From Thermodesulfobacteriota bacterium (GTDB lineage: Bacteria > Desulfobacterota > Desulfobacteria > Desulfobacterales > SURF-7), in NCBI GenBank assembly GCA_049320885.1, contig JBMORA010000001.1:274622-338621 (forward strand): 64,000 nucleotides of DNA. Reading direction: 5' to 3'. A program made the translations under genes and the position numbers. Under the pieces are notes generated by a model. The model saw only the letters and a program-made list of their open reading frames with translations, was not told the origin of the DNA and did not search any database. Shown piece after piece: positions 34,001 to 41,225 of this stretch; position 1 is the stretch's first letter; every line of letters starts with the position of its first letter.

Positions 34001-35538
34001 GACAAAGAGACTCCCGCAGCGTCCTCCAGGGCTGATATATCGGGGCGCTGGCCGATGGCCGGAATGAGCTGGTCGATCTCCATATCGTATTCGCTGCCTG
34101 GCACGGGCACCGGCCGGCGACGCCCGGATGAATCCGCATCGGTCAATTCCATGCGGATGCAGCGCAATCCGACGACCTCGCCGTCCTGAACCAACACCTC
34201 CTGGGGCGCCGTCAGGTATTCGATTCTTACGCCCTCGGACTCCGCGGCCCGGATTTCCTCCTCCCAGGCCGGCATTTCCGCCCGCGTCCTGCGATAAAGG
34301 ATGGTCACTGCCCCGGCTCCCAGGCGCACGGCGGAGCGGGATACATCGACGGCCACATTGCCGCCGCCGATGACGGCGAGCCGTCGGCCCGCCTTGATGG
34401 TGCCGGCGAGATTCAGCTCTCGCAAAAAATCCACACCCTGGATAACTCCGTGGGCCTTTTCGCCGGGAATTCCCAGTTGAATACCCTGGTGGGCGCCCAT
34501 GGCCAGATAAACCGCCTGATAGCCACTGGCGAACAGGTCGTCGATGGTCCGATCCGGTCCCAGGGGGGAATTACAATGAATTTCCACCCCTAAATTGGTG
34601 ATGACCTCGATTTCCCTGTCCAGAACCTCGGGGGGCAGGCGATGATCCGGAATCCCCACCCGCAGCATGCCGCCCGGTTTTGGAAGTGCTTCGTAAATCA
34701 CCGAACGGATCCCTTTTCGGGCCAGATGGTAGGCGGCGGACAGGCCAGCCGGACCGGAGCCGATAATGGCGACTTTTTCCGGTCGATCCTTCAACCGGGG
34801 AATGTCGATTTTGCGTGGATCGTATTGATCGGCCGCCAGACGCTTCAAGTCGCGGATGGCCAGGGGCTTGTCCACTTGGCAGCGGCGGCAAGCCTCTTCG
34901 CAACCATGCGGGCAGATCCGCCCGAGAACTCCCGGCAGGGGCAGTTCCTCCATGATGATGCGCAGGGCCTCGGCGTATTTACCCTGTTTCACCATCTGAA
35001 CGTAGCCCTGGACATTCAAACCGGCCGGGCAGGCCAGACGGCAGGGGGCCTTGTCCGCTTTCTCGATGGCATAGCCGCCCGGCATGCCCTGGGGATAGAG
35101 TTTATAGGCGGCCTTGCGGGTTTGCAATCCCTGGTCGAATTCGCTGGGCAGGGTCACCGGACAGACCTTGGCGCATTCGCCGCAGGCCGTGCATTTATCA
35201 AGCTCCACAAACCGCGGTTGAACTATCAGGGTAACCTGAAAATTTCCGGCCTCGCCGCTGACGGTTTCGACTTCCGCGAGGGTGTGGAGATCGATATTCA
35301 GGTGCCGGCCAGCCTCCACCAGTTTCGGTGAGACGATGCACATGGAGCAGTCGTTAGTGGGGAAGGTTTTGTCCAATTGGGCCATGACGCCGCCGATGGC
35401 CGACCGGCTCTCCACCAGATGCACCAGAAATCCGGCTTCCGCCAGATCCAGGGAGGCCTGGATCCCGGCGATGCCGCCGCCCACCACCATCACCGCTCCA
35501 ACCGCTTTCTGTTTGTCCAAATCGGGTACCTGCGTCAT
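31060..35538 (-). CDS. hdrL: HdrL-type large heterodisulfide reductase A (HdrA with an inserted GltD-like NAD(P)H/FAD module)
   Basis: GGGIAG..LDKTFPTNDCSMC HdrA N-terminus; inserted APCRLACP..GRICPHGCE..IGSGPAGL..GGGNVAVD module; duplicated QCVGSR HdrA cores; C-terminal ferredoxin; AGGAGG RBS. Confidence 0.9.
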   Translation of the reverse strand: MTQVPDLDKQKAVGAVMVVGGGIAGIQASLDLAEAGFLVHLVESRSAIGGVMAQLDKTFPTNDCSMCIVSPKLVEAGRHLNIDLHTLAEVETVSGEAGNFQVTLIVQPRFVELDKCTACGECAKVCPVTLPSEFDQGLQTRKAAYKLYPQGMPGGYAIEKADKAPCRLACPAGLNVQGYVQMVKQGKYAEALRIIMEELPLPGVLGRICPHGCEEACRRCQVDKPLAIRDLKRLAADQYDPRKIDIPRLKDRPEKVAIIGSGPAGLSAAYHLARKGIRSVIYEALPKPGGMLRVGIPDHRLPPEVLDREIEVITNLGVEIHCNSPLGPDRTIDDLFASGYQAVYLAMGAHQGIQLGIPGEKAHGVIQGVDFLRELNLAGTIKAGRRLAVIGGGNVAVDVSRSAVRLGAGAVTILYRRTRAEMPAWEEEIRAAESEGVRIEYLTAPQEVLVQDGEVVGLRCIRMELTDADSSGRRRPVPVPGSEYDMEIDQLIPAIGQRPDISALEDAAGVSLSRWGTVATDPVTFATARKGVFAGGDLQTGPWIAIGAIAAGREAAESIIRYLDGRDLAAGREKMVPDNPVHRSVPEGEPVKVRAAMPELPLPERRGNFREVELGYTPDQGRMEAERCLNCGYCSECLQCVDACLAKAVNHDMRPLRTTIAVGAIILAPGFVSFDPGPHAPYGYATHPNVVTSLEFERLLSASGPFQGHLVRPSDHREPDKIAWLQCVGSRDINQCDHEYCSSVCCMYAAKQTVIAKEHSVKPLDAAVFYMDLRTFGKEFDRYCRRAEAEHGIRFIRSRVHTVEPMPDGNLRLRYVTEAGEIVEEIFDMVVLSVGLTPVAGSVRLAGVLGIELNEHGFARTGDLAPVSASRQGVFVCGAFQGPKDIPQSVMEASAAAADAARLLAPVRNSLTRVRELPPEKDFSNEPPRIGVFVCNCGINIGGVADVPAVREYARHLPHVEHVEDNLFTCSQDNQDRMKQVLVEKGINRVVVASCSPRTHESLFQETIREAGLNPYLFEMANIRDQNTWVHMHQPETATAKAKDLVRMAVAKAAHIEPLHQVTLGVEPSVLVIGGGVAGMEAALGVADQGYQTYLVERSGELGGVALGLSRTWQGEEVRFYVENLIRRIHKNPRVRLFLHTETVDFSGILGNFKTELITGKGRLTSMAVKHGAVILATGGRERRPEEFHYGDHPDILTHLELDAVMEREPERVRKAGTVAFIQCVGSRTAERPYCSRVCCTHTLTSALSIKAMKPETAVFVFYRDIRSYGFRETLYTEARRAGVIFIRHDEQEPPEVTLSEDKRMTLSGKDHILNRTVTLQPNLLVLASAILPNENRELFELFKVPVNSDGFLVEAHAKLRPVDFASEGIFMAGLAHYPKSLDETIAQARAAVARAMTLLARDGIRVGGVVAHVRDPDHCACCLVCVRSCPYGVPRVKEGRAVIEAAECHGCGICAAECPAKVITLQHFTDEQLLAKSHAFFDDMTAMTALG

Positions 35539-35584
35539 CGTCCCTCCTGCCAAGGCCAGATCGTGTCGTGCGTTTCTGGAATGT

Positions 35585-36022
35585 CTAACAGGCGGCCGCC
35601 GCTTCCTCCACCTTTCTCCTCTGGGTTGCCGGACCAAGAGTCTTCACCGCCGCGATCACCTGGTTGGCGACTTCGGCGAATTTGACCCCTTCGGCGGAAG
35701 AAATCCAGGAGAAATGCAGGCGTCCGGGCTCCACGCCGGTATGTTCCAACAAATTTTTCAGCAGGGCGAATTTACGGCGGGCATAGTAATTGCCAGTGAG
35801 ATAATGACAATCACCGGGGTGACACCCGGAAACCCAGACCCCGTCGGCGCCCTTGCGCAGGGCCGCAAGGATCAGTTTCGGACTGATCCGTCCGGAACAG
35901 GGCACCCGGATCACCCGCATGTTGGGCGGGTACTGAAACCGGCTCACCCCGGCCAGATCAGCGGCGCCGTAACTGCACCAGTTGCATAAAAACGTAATGA
36001 TCTTCGGTTCGAAATCGTTCAT
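35585..36022 (-). CDS. mvhD: MvhD-type [2Fe-2S] subunit (copy 1)
   Basis: FLCNWCSYGAAD, VPCSGRI and GCHPGDCHY motifs. Confidence 0.93.
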   Translation of the reverse strand: MNDFEPKIITFLCNWCSYGAADLAGVSRFQYPPNMRVIRVPCSGRISPKLILAALRKGADGVWVSGCHPGDCHYLTGNYYARRKFALLKNLLEHTGVEPGRLHFSWISSAEGVKFAEVANQVIAAVKTLGPATQRRKVEEAAAAC

Positions 36023-36050
36023 TTAAGCACCTTCTTTTCCTTCAGGCATG

Positions 36051-39000
36051 TCACGCGCATTCGATCATCGCCATAATCTGAGATTCCTCGAAACCTTTTA
36101 ACCGCAATGCTCCGGAGCGGCAGGAAGCCACGCAGGCCCCGCAACCCTTGCAGAGCACCGGATTGATTTCCGCCCTGCCCGCAAAGGGGCCGTCCGTCCT
36201 CAGAGAGGGCGCGTTGTAGGGACAGACGGCCACACAAACCCCGCAGCCGCTGCAATCCATTGGCGCCGAATACGCCACGGTTCCGCTGGTGCGGATGGTT
36301 TTCTGGGCCAGCAACCGGGTGGCGCCGGAGGCGGCGGCCTGGGCCTGGGCGATGGATTCGTCAATGGGCTTGGGATAATGGGCCAGTCCGCACAGGAACA
36401 CGCCGTCGGTGGCGAAATTGGAGGGGGCCAGTTTGACGTGGGCTTCGGCGAAAAAACCGTCGGCGTTCATGGGTACCTTGAAGAAGCGGGCCAGTTGTTC
36501 GTCCCTGTACGGCAAAACCGCCGCGGCCAGGGTCAGCAGATCGGCCTCGATCCGCAGCGGTTTTTTCAGGATATGATCCAGGACTTCGATTTCCAGACCG
36601 TTTTCCGCAACCCGCACCCCGGGTTTGTTCTCAAGGCTGAAACGGATGAAAACAACGCCTATTTCCCGGGCCGTCTGATACAATTTCTCGCGCTCGCCGT
36701 AGGTGCGGATATCCCGGTACAACACGAAAACGTTCATCTCCGGATTCATTTCCTTCAGATGGATCGCCGCGGCCACGCTGTGGGTGCAACAGATCCGCGA
36801 GCAGTATGGTCTTTGCGGCTCCCGGGAACCCACGCATTGAATAAAGACCGCCGTCTTCACCTCCCGGAGGGCTGGATCGCGTCGGCGCAGCCTTTCATCC
36901 AATTCCAGGGCGGTGAGCACCCGCGGGTCGTCGCCATAGCCGTATTCCGCGGGAAGGCTTTCCGTGGCGCCGGTGGCGATGACGGCCACTCCGTGGCGAA
37001 TGGTTTCCGTCCTGCCCGCCTGGTCCACGGTGGTGTCGAAATTGCCCACGAATCCGTCCACCCGGGTCAATCGGGCTTTCAGCAGGACGCGGATGCCGGG
37101 ATGGTTGGTGACGGCGATGCGGATCGCATCCAGACCGTCCTGAACCGATTCCCCCCAGGCGGTCTGGTACAACCGGTTGGCCTGCCCCCCCAGTTGACCT
37201 TCCCGTTCGATCAAGTGAACCGGATACCCCTGATCCGCCAAGGCCAACGCGGCGCTCATGCCGGAGAGTCCACCGCCGATCACCAGCGCATTTGGGTCGA
37301 TTTCCAGCTGGGCCTCCTCCAACGCCTGGTATTGGGCGACCTTGGCCGCAGCCATGCGCACCAGGTCCTTGGCTTTTTCCGTGGCGGCCAGAGGATATTC
37401 CTTGTGCACCCAGGAGCCATGGTTGCGGATGTTGACCATTTCAAACAAGTATTTGTTCAGTCCGGCGTTCAGCAGGGTTTCCTGGAATAAGGGATCGTGT
37501 GTTCTGGGCGTACAGGCGGCCACCACGATACGGTTCAGGTTCTTTTCCTCGATCAGACGGCTGATGGCGTCCTGGGTGTCCTGGGAACAGGAATACATGT
37601 TGTCGCTGACGTATTCCACAAAGGGCAATCCGGCTGCGTAATCGCGCACCGCGGGCACGTCGATGACGCCGCCGATGTTGATGCCGCAATGACAGACAAA
37701 CACCCCGATGCGGGGCCGTTCACCGTAAATGGTACGCTCGGGCCGCGGGGTGCTGGCGCGGGTCAGGGCATAGCGGCTGCCGGAAAGCGAAATACCAGCC
37801 CGCATGGCGGCCGCTCCGGCCTCCACGACGGTCTGGGGGATGTCCTTTGGGCCCTGGAAAGCGCCGCACACATAAATCCCCGGCCGGGAAGTCGACACCG
37901 GATCGAAAGAAGTAGTCCGGCAAAATCCGGAATCCGTGAGGGATACCCCCAGCTTGCCCGCCAGGCCGCGGACATCTTCCTGAATTTCCATACCAACGGA
38001 CAGGACCACGATATCGAAAACCTCCCGGGTCCACTTGCCGGTTTGCTCATCCATGTAGTCCAACACCTGACCTTTTCCCTCGCCGGTTTCGGGAAAGACC
38101 GAATGGACCTTGCAGCGCACAAAGCGGATGCCGTATTTCTCCCGGGCCTCGTTGTAGCAACTTTCAAAACCCTTCCCGTGGGTACGCATGTCCATATAGA
38201 AAATGGCGCATTCCAGATCCGGTTCATGCTCCTTGGCGATGATGGCCTGTTTAATGGCGTACATGCAGCAGACCGAGGAGCAATGGCTGTTGTCGCAGGT
38301 ATTCAAATCGCGGGAACCCACGCATTGCAGCCAGGCGATACGTTTGGGCTCCGCATGGTCGGACAGGCGCACCACGTGGCCCTGGTTGGGCCCCGAAGCC
38401 GACAGCAGGCGTTCGAATTCGATGGAGGTGACCACATCCGGATTGTTGTCATAGGAATAGATCAGTTTCCCCGCGGGATCATAGGCCTTGAATCCGGGAG
38501 CCAGAATGATGGCCCCTACATTCAGGATGATATTCCGATCCTTGTCGTCATAGTTGATGGCTCCCGCCGGGCAGGCCTTTTCACAGTTGCCGCATTTCCC
38601 CTTAGTCATGCGGATGCAATACCGCTCATCGATCGCATATTTTAATGGAACAGCCTGGGGATACTGGACATAAACGGCCTTGCGTTTGATCAGGCCCCGG
38701 TTGTACTCGTCGACGACTTTTTTGGGGCATTTTTCGGCGCAGGCGCCGCAGGCGATGCATTTTTCCATGTCCACGTAGCGGGCCTTGCGGAAGACATCCA
38801 CCTGAAAATTTCCCTGCTCGCCGCTGACATCCTTGATTTCCGCCAGGGTGATCAGTTCGATGTTCATATGCCGGCCCACCTCCACCAGCTTGGGGGACAT
38901 GATGCACATGGAACAGTCATTGGTGGGGAAGGTTTTGTCCAACTGGGACATGACGCCGCCGATGGAAGCGTTCTTCTCGATCATGTAGACATAATAACCG

Positions 39001-39083
39001 GAATTGGCCAGATCCAGGGCTGCCTGGATACCGCCGATGCCGCCGCCGGCGATCAGGACTGCTCCCGTGGTTTGCTTTGACAT
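36051..39083 (-). CDS. hdrA: Heterodisulfide reductase subunit A family protein (about 1010 aa)
   Basis: LDKTFPTNDCSMC, QCVGSR twice, CSSVCCMY, VFVCHCG, ferredoxin motifs. Confidence 0.93.
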   Translation of the reverse strand: MSKQTTGAVLIAGGGIGGIQAALDLANSGYYVYMIEKNASIGGVMSQLDKTFPTNDCSMCIMSPKLVEVGRHMNIELITLAEIKDVSGEQGNFQVDVFRKARYVDMEKCIACGACAEKCPKKVVDEYNRGLIKRKAVYVQYPQAVPLKYAIDERYCIRMTKGKCGNCEKACPAGAINYDDKDRNIILNVGAIILAPGFKAYDPAGKLIYSYDNNPDVVTSIEFERLLSASGPNQGHVVRLSDHAEPKRIAWLQCVGSRDLNTCDNSHCSSVCCMYAIKQAIIAKEHEPDLECAIFYMDMRTHGKGFESCYNEAREKYGIRFVRCKVHSVFPETGEGKGQVLDYMDEQTGKWTREVFDIVVLSVGMEIQEDVRGLAGKLGVSLTDSGFCRTTSFDPVSTSRPGIYVCGAFQGPKDIPQTVVEAGAAAMRAGISLSGSRYALTRASTPRPERTIYGERPRIGVFVCHCGINIGGVIDVPAVRDYAAGLPFVEYVSDNMYSCSQDTQDAISRLIEEKNLNRIVVAACTPRTHDPLFQETLLNAGLNKYLFEMVNIRNHGSWVHKEYPLAATEKAKDLVRMAAAKVAQYQALEEAQLEIDPNALVIGGGLSGMSAALALADQGYPVHLIEREGQLGGQANRLYQTAWGESVQDGLDAIRIAVTNHPGIRVLLKARLTRVDGFVGNFDTTVDQAGRTETIRHGVAVIATGATESLPAEYGYGDDPRVLTALELDERLRRRDPALREVKTAVFIQCVGSREPQRPYCSRICCTHSVAAAIHLKEMNPEMNVFVLYRDIRTYGEREKLYQTAREIGVVFIRFSLENKPGVRVAENGLEIEVLDHILKKPLRIEADLLTLAAAVLPYRDEQLARFFKVPMNADGFFAEAHVKLAPSNFATDGVFLCGLAHYPKPIDESIAQAQAAASGATRLLAQKTIRTSGTVAYSAPMDCSGCGVCVAVCPYNAPSLRTDGPFAGRAEINPVLCKGCGACVASCRSGALRLKGFEESQIMAMIECA

Positions 39084-39159
39084 CGTTATCTTCTCCTTGC
39101 CTTCCTTGCTTGATTTTTCGAAAAACAGTTTCCGCGATCATTTGATGGACCGCCAAAGA

Positions 39160-40467
39160 CTAGTATCCCGGCAGATTCACTTCCGCCAAATCCGGCCCAA
39201 GATAGGCGCGTTCGTTTTCACCCAGGATGCCCAGGGAAAGCGCGATGATCGTCCACAAATGCACCGTCCGATACGCTCCCTTGCCGAAATGATGCCCCAA
39301 CTCATCAATCTGGGCATGACAGTTATGGCACGGCGTAATGACATAGGGTACGCCGGTGCGGCTGATCTGCTCATGTTTCAGTCTCCCGTAATGCAGCCGG
39401 GCATCCTTGAAACCGGACTGAAGATAGCCGCCGCCACCGCCGCAACAGTAATTGTTGGATTTGTTCGGCCACATCTCGATGACATTCTCCGCCCCCACGC
39501 AGGCTGCCGTGACAAAGCGCAGTTCATCGGCCAGGGTGTCGCCGAAGCCCTTGCGCACCTGGTTGCAGGGATCCTGAACGGTGAATTTCACCTGCAGTTC
39601 CTTGTTCCAGGAAGCATCGACCTTGAGCTTTCCCTCCCGGATCCATTTGGCGTAGTAGGAAACCATGGGGGCGATCTCCAGGTCGGTTTCGATCTTGTGC
39701 CGCTTCTGCCCCATCCAGACCGAAAACGTGGAATGACCGCATTCGGTGTTCAGGTATACCTTGCACCCTAAATTCATGGCCTGTTTCAGGGTCTTTTCCG
39801 TGATGGTCTTCCAGCCCTCGTCATCGGCCAGGAACATGCAATAGTTCTCGCCGCCCCAGCCGGTGCAGCTGTAAGTCCAATCCGCGCCGGAAAGGTGCAG
39901 GATCTTCCAAAGGGGCGCCATTTCCTCGGGTTCGGTGACCGGTTCCCGAGAATTCTGACTCAAAAAGAAATGCGCTCCCTGCTTGTCGATGGGTGCTTCC
40001 AGGTTTTCCCAGCCCGGCTGGTTGGTCCGGACTTCCTCCAGCATATCCTCCACCACAAACCGGAAATCCTCCTCCGGGGTCCCCATGGCGCTGCAGCTGT
40101 CGTTCTTCAGGGCCATGTCGCAGGACCCCAGAATCCCCTTGGGCCGTTCTTCCCGGGGCCACAATTTGCGGCCCTCGAACACCATGGCGGCGATATCGAT
40201 GTTCATCGGACAGACATAACTGCAACGCTTGCACATGCTGCACAGCCAGACCCAGGGATGTTTGGTCAGTTCCCGGTCCATTCCCAACGCCACCATGCGG
40301 ACGAATTTGCGCGGGTCCATGTCTTCCAGACCGGAGGCTGGGCAGCCCGATGCGCAAGCGCCGCAGGTCAAACATAAATTCAGATTGGCGCCCTTGGGCA
40401 ATATGCTCAACAGCTTGTTTTTGAATTGCGGTTTCCAGTCTTTTTGAATCACGATCGGATCATTCAT
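39160..40467 (-). CDS. HdrD-like (HdrC-type 4Fe-4S plus CCG domain) Fe-S protein
   Basis: CLTCGACASGCP, CSMCKRCSYVCP, NTECGH, QDPCN, YCCGGGGG, PCHNC. Confidence 0.88.
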   Translation of the reverse strand: MNDPIVIQKDWKPQFKNKLLSILPKGANLNLCLTCGACASGCPASGLEDMDPRKFVRMVALGMDRELTKHPWVWLCSMCKRCSYVCPMNIDIAAMVFEGRKLWPREERPKGILGSCDMALKNDSCSAMGTPEEDFRFVVEDMLEEVRTNQPGWENLEAPIDKQGAHFFLSQNSREPVTEPEEMAPLWKILHLSGADWTYSCTGWGGENYCMFLADDEGWKTITEKTLKQAMNLGCKVYLNTECGHSTFSVWMGQKRHKIETDLEIAPMVSYYAKWIREGKLKVDASWNKELQVKFTVQDPCNQVRKGFGDTLADELRFVTAACVGAENVIEMWPNKSNNYCCGGGGGYLQSGFKDARLHYGRLKHEQISRTGVPYVITPCHNCHAQIDELGHHFGKGAYRTVHLWTIIALSLGILGENERAYLGPDLAEVNLPGY

Positions 40468-40664
40468 CCTGCTTTCCTTTCCCATATCGAAATAAATCCT
40501 CACCGGTATCCTGGAGCATCCATGAAGGACATGTTCCGGAGACCGATCTCTTGGCGTAAACGACGGGCGCGGCAGCGCTGAAAAAATGCCGAATGGTAAC
40601 AGCCAGTCTGAATCACCGAATGAAAAAAAGGAAACGCAGGAAAACGGAATCGATCTTCAGGCCG

Positions 40665-40736
40665 CTACTTCACCACCTGCCGAACCCGGGCAGGCACGCT
40701 GCAACACGCTCAAGTAAAGCCTGTAAACCGATGCAT
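40665..40736 (-). promoter_or_regulatory. Putative Sec-containing leader peptide MHRFTGFT(U)ACCSVPARVRQVVK with SECIS-like hairpin, upstream of the hdr operon
   Basis: GGGAG RBS (40746-40742), ATG at 40736, in-frame TGA at 40712-40710, hairpin CCTGCC-CGGGTTC-GGCAGG (40694-40676) 15 nt after the TGA, TAG at 40667-40665; homologous to the leader at 40969. Confidence 0.75.
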
Positions 40737-40830
40737 GGAAACTCCCGAAAGGACTTGCCGTACCCACTCCATGCGGCAATGCGCCGCACAGGCAATGGAA
40801 CGGATGGATTCACGCAATAAATTCCGGGTC

Positions 40831-40860
40831 GTCATAGCATGAAATCCGGCGGCGTATCAA
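40831..40860 (-). promoter_or_regulatory. Possible sigma70 promoter for the hdr leader/operon
   Basis: Minus strand TTGATA-N18-TATGAC with an extended TG; the -10 is imperfect. Confidence 0.35.
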
Positions 40861-40968
40861 ATCGATAGTTTCAATGCATATGTTTTTCCGGATTGGAATT
40901 ATCAATTTGACCATTTCCGGATATCCATAATAAGAAGCATGACCATCGAATCGAAGCAGGAGCTGTCC

Positions 40969-41044
40969 ATGCAGACATTTTTCGGCTTTACCTGAGGGTT
41001 GTTGGAAACTGCGCCGAGTTGCGGCGCTGGGGTACGGCTGAAAA
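40969..41044 (+). promoter_or_regulatory. Putative Sec-containing leader peptide MQTFFGFT(U)GLLET... with SECIS-like hairpin, upstream of selC*-selB*
   Basis: AGGAG RBS (40958-40962), ATG at 40969, in-frame TGA at 40993-40995, hairpin GCGCCG-AGTTG-CGGCGC (41011-41027) 15 nt after the TGA; the read-through frame stays open to 41286. Confidence 0.75.
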
Positions 41045-41108
41045 TCACCATCGAATCGATTGTTCCCGGTTTTTTCCGGCGCCGGCGCCCCATGCAAGAA
41101 CAGATGAC

Positions 41109-41200
41109 AGGGGCAATGGTGCTGGGCACCCCGCGGTCTTCAAAACCGTCGGCCTCGCCTGAAAATCGAGGAGGAGGTTCGATTCCCCTTGCCCCTTCCA
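41109..41200 (+). tRNA. selC*: selC*-type tRNA with UCA anticodon (tRNA-Sec-like 8/4 fold, probably Cys-accepting)
   Basis: 8-bp acceptor AGGGGCAA/TTGCCCCT, discriminator T41197 then CCA, D arm GGTGC/GCACC, anticodon arm GCGGT-CTTCAAA-ACCGT, long variable arm CCTCG/CGAGG, 4-bp T stem GG(A)GG/CCCC with a bulged A. Confidence 0.9.
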
Positions 41201-41225
41201 AACCAGGAAAACCGTTTCGAACGCT

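Noticed and set aside
35300..38910. Intact SECIS elements after the CSMC codons of hdrL and hdrA
   Set aside because: The codons are TGC, and the downstream sequences give only weak G:U-rich pairing, so at most relics that I cannot support.
40650..40790. Known metabolite riboswitch (c-di-GMP, THF, SAM, Moco) in the hdr leader
   Set aside because: No recognisable consensus by eye; the structure is better explained by the uORF/UGA/SECIS element shared with 40969-41044. An Rfam scan would settle it.
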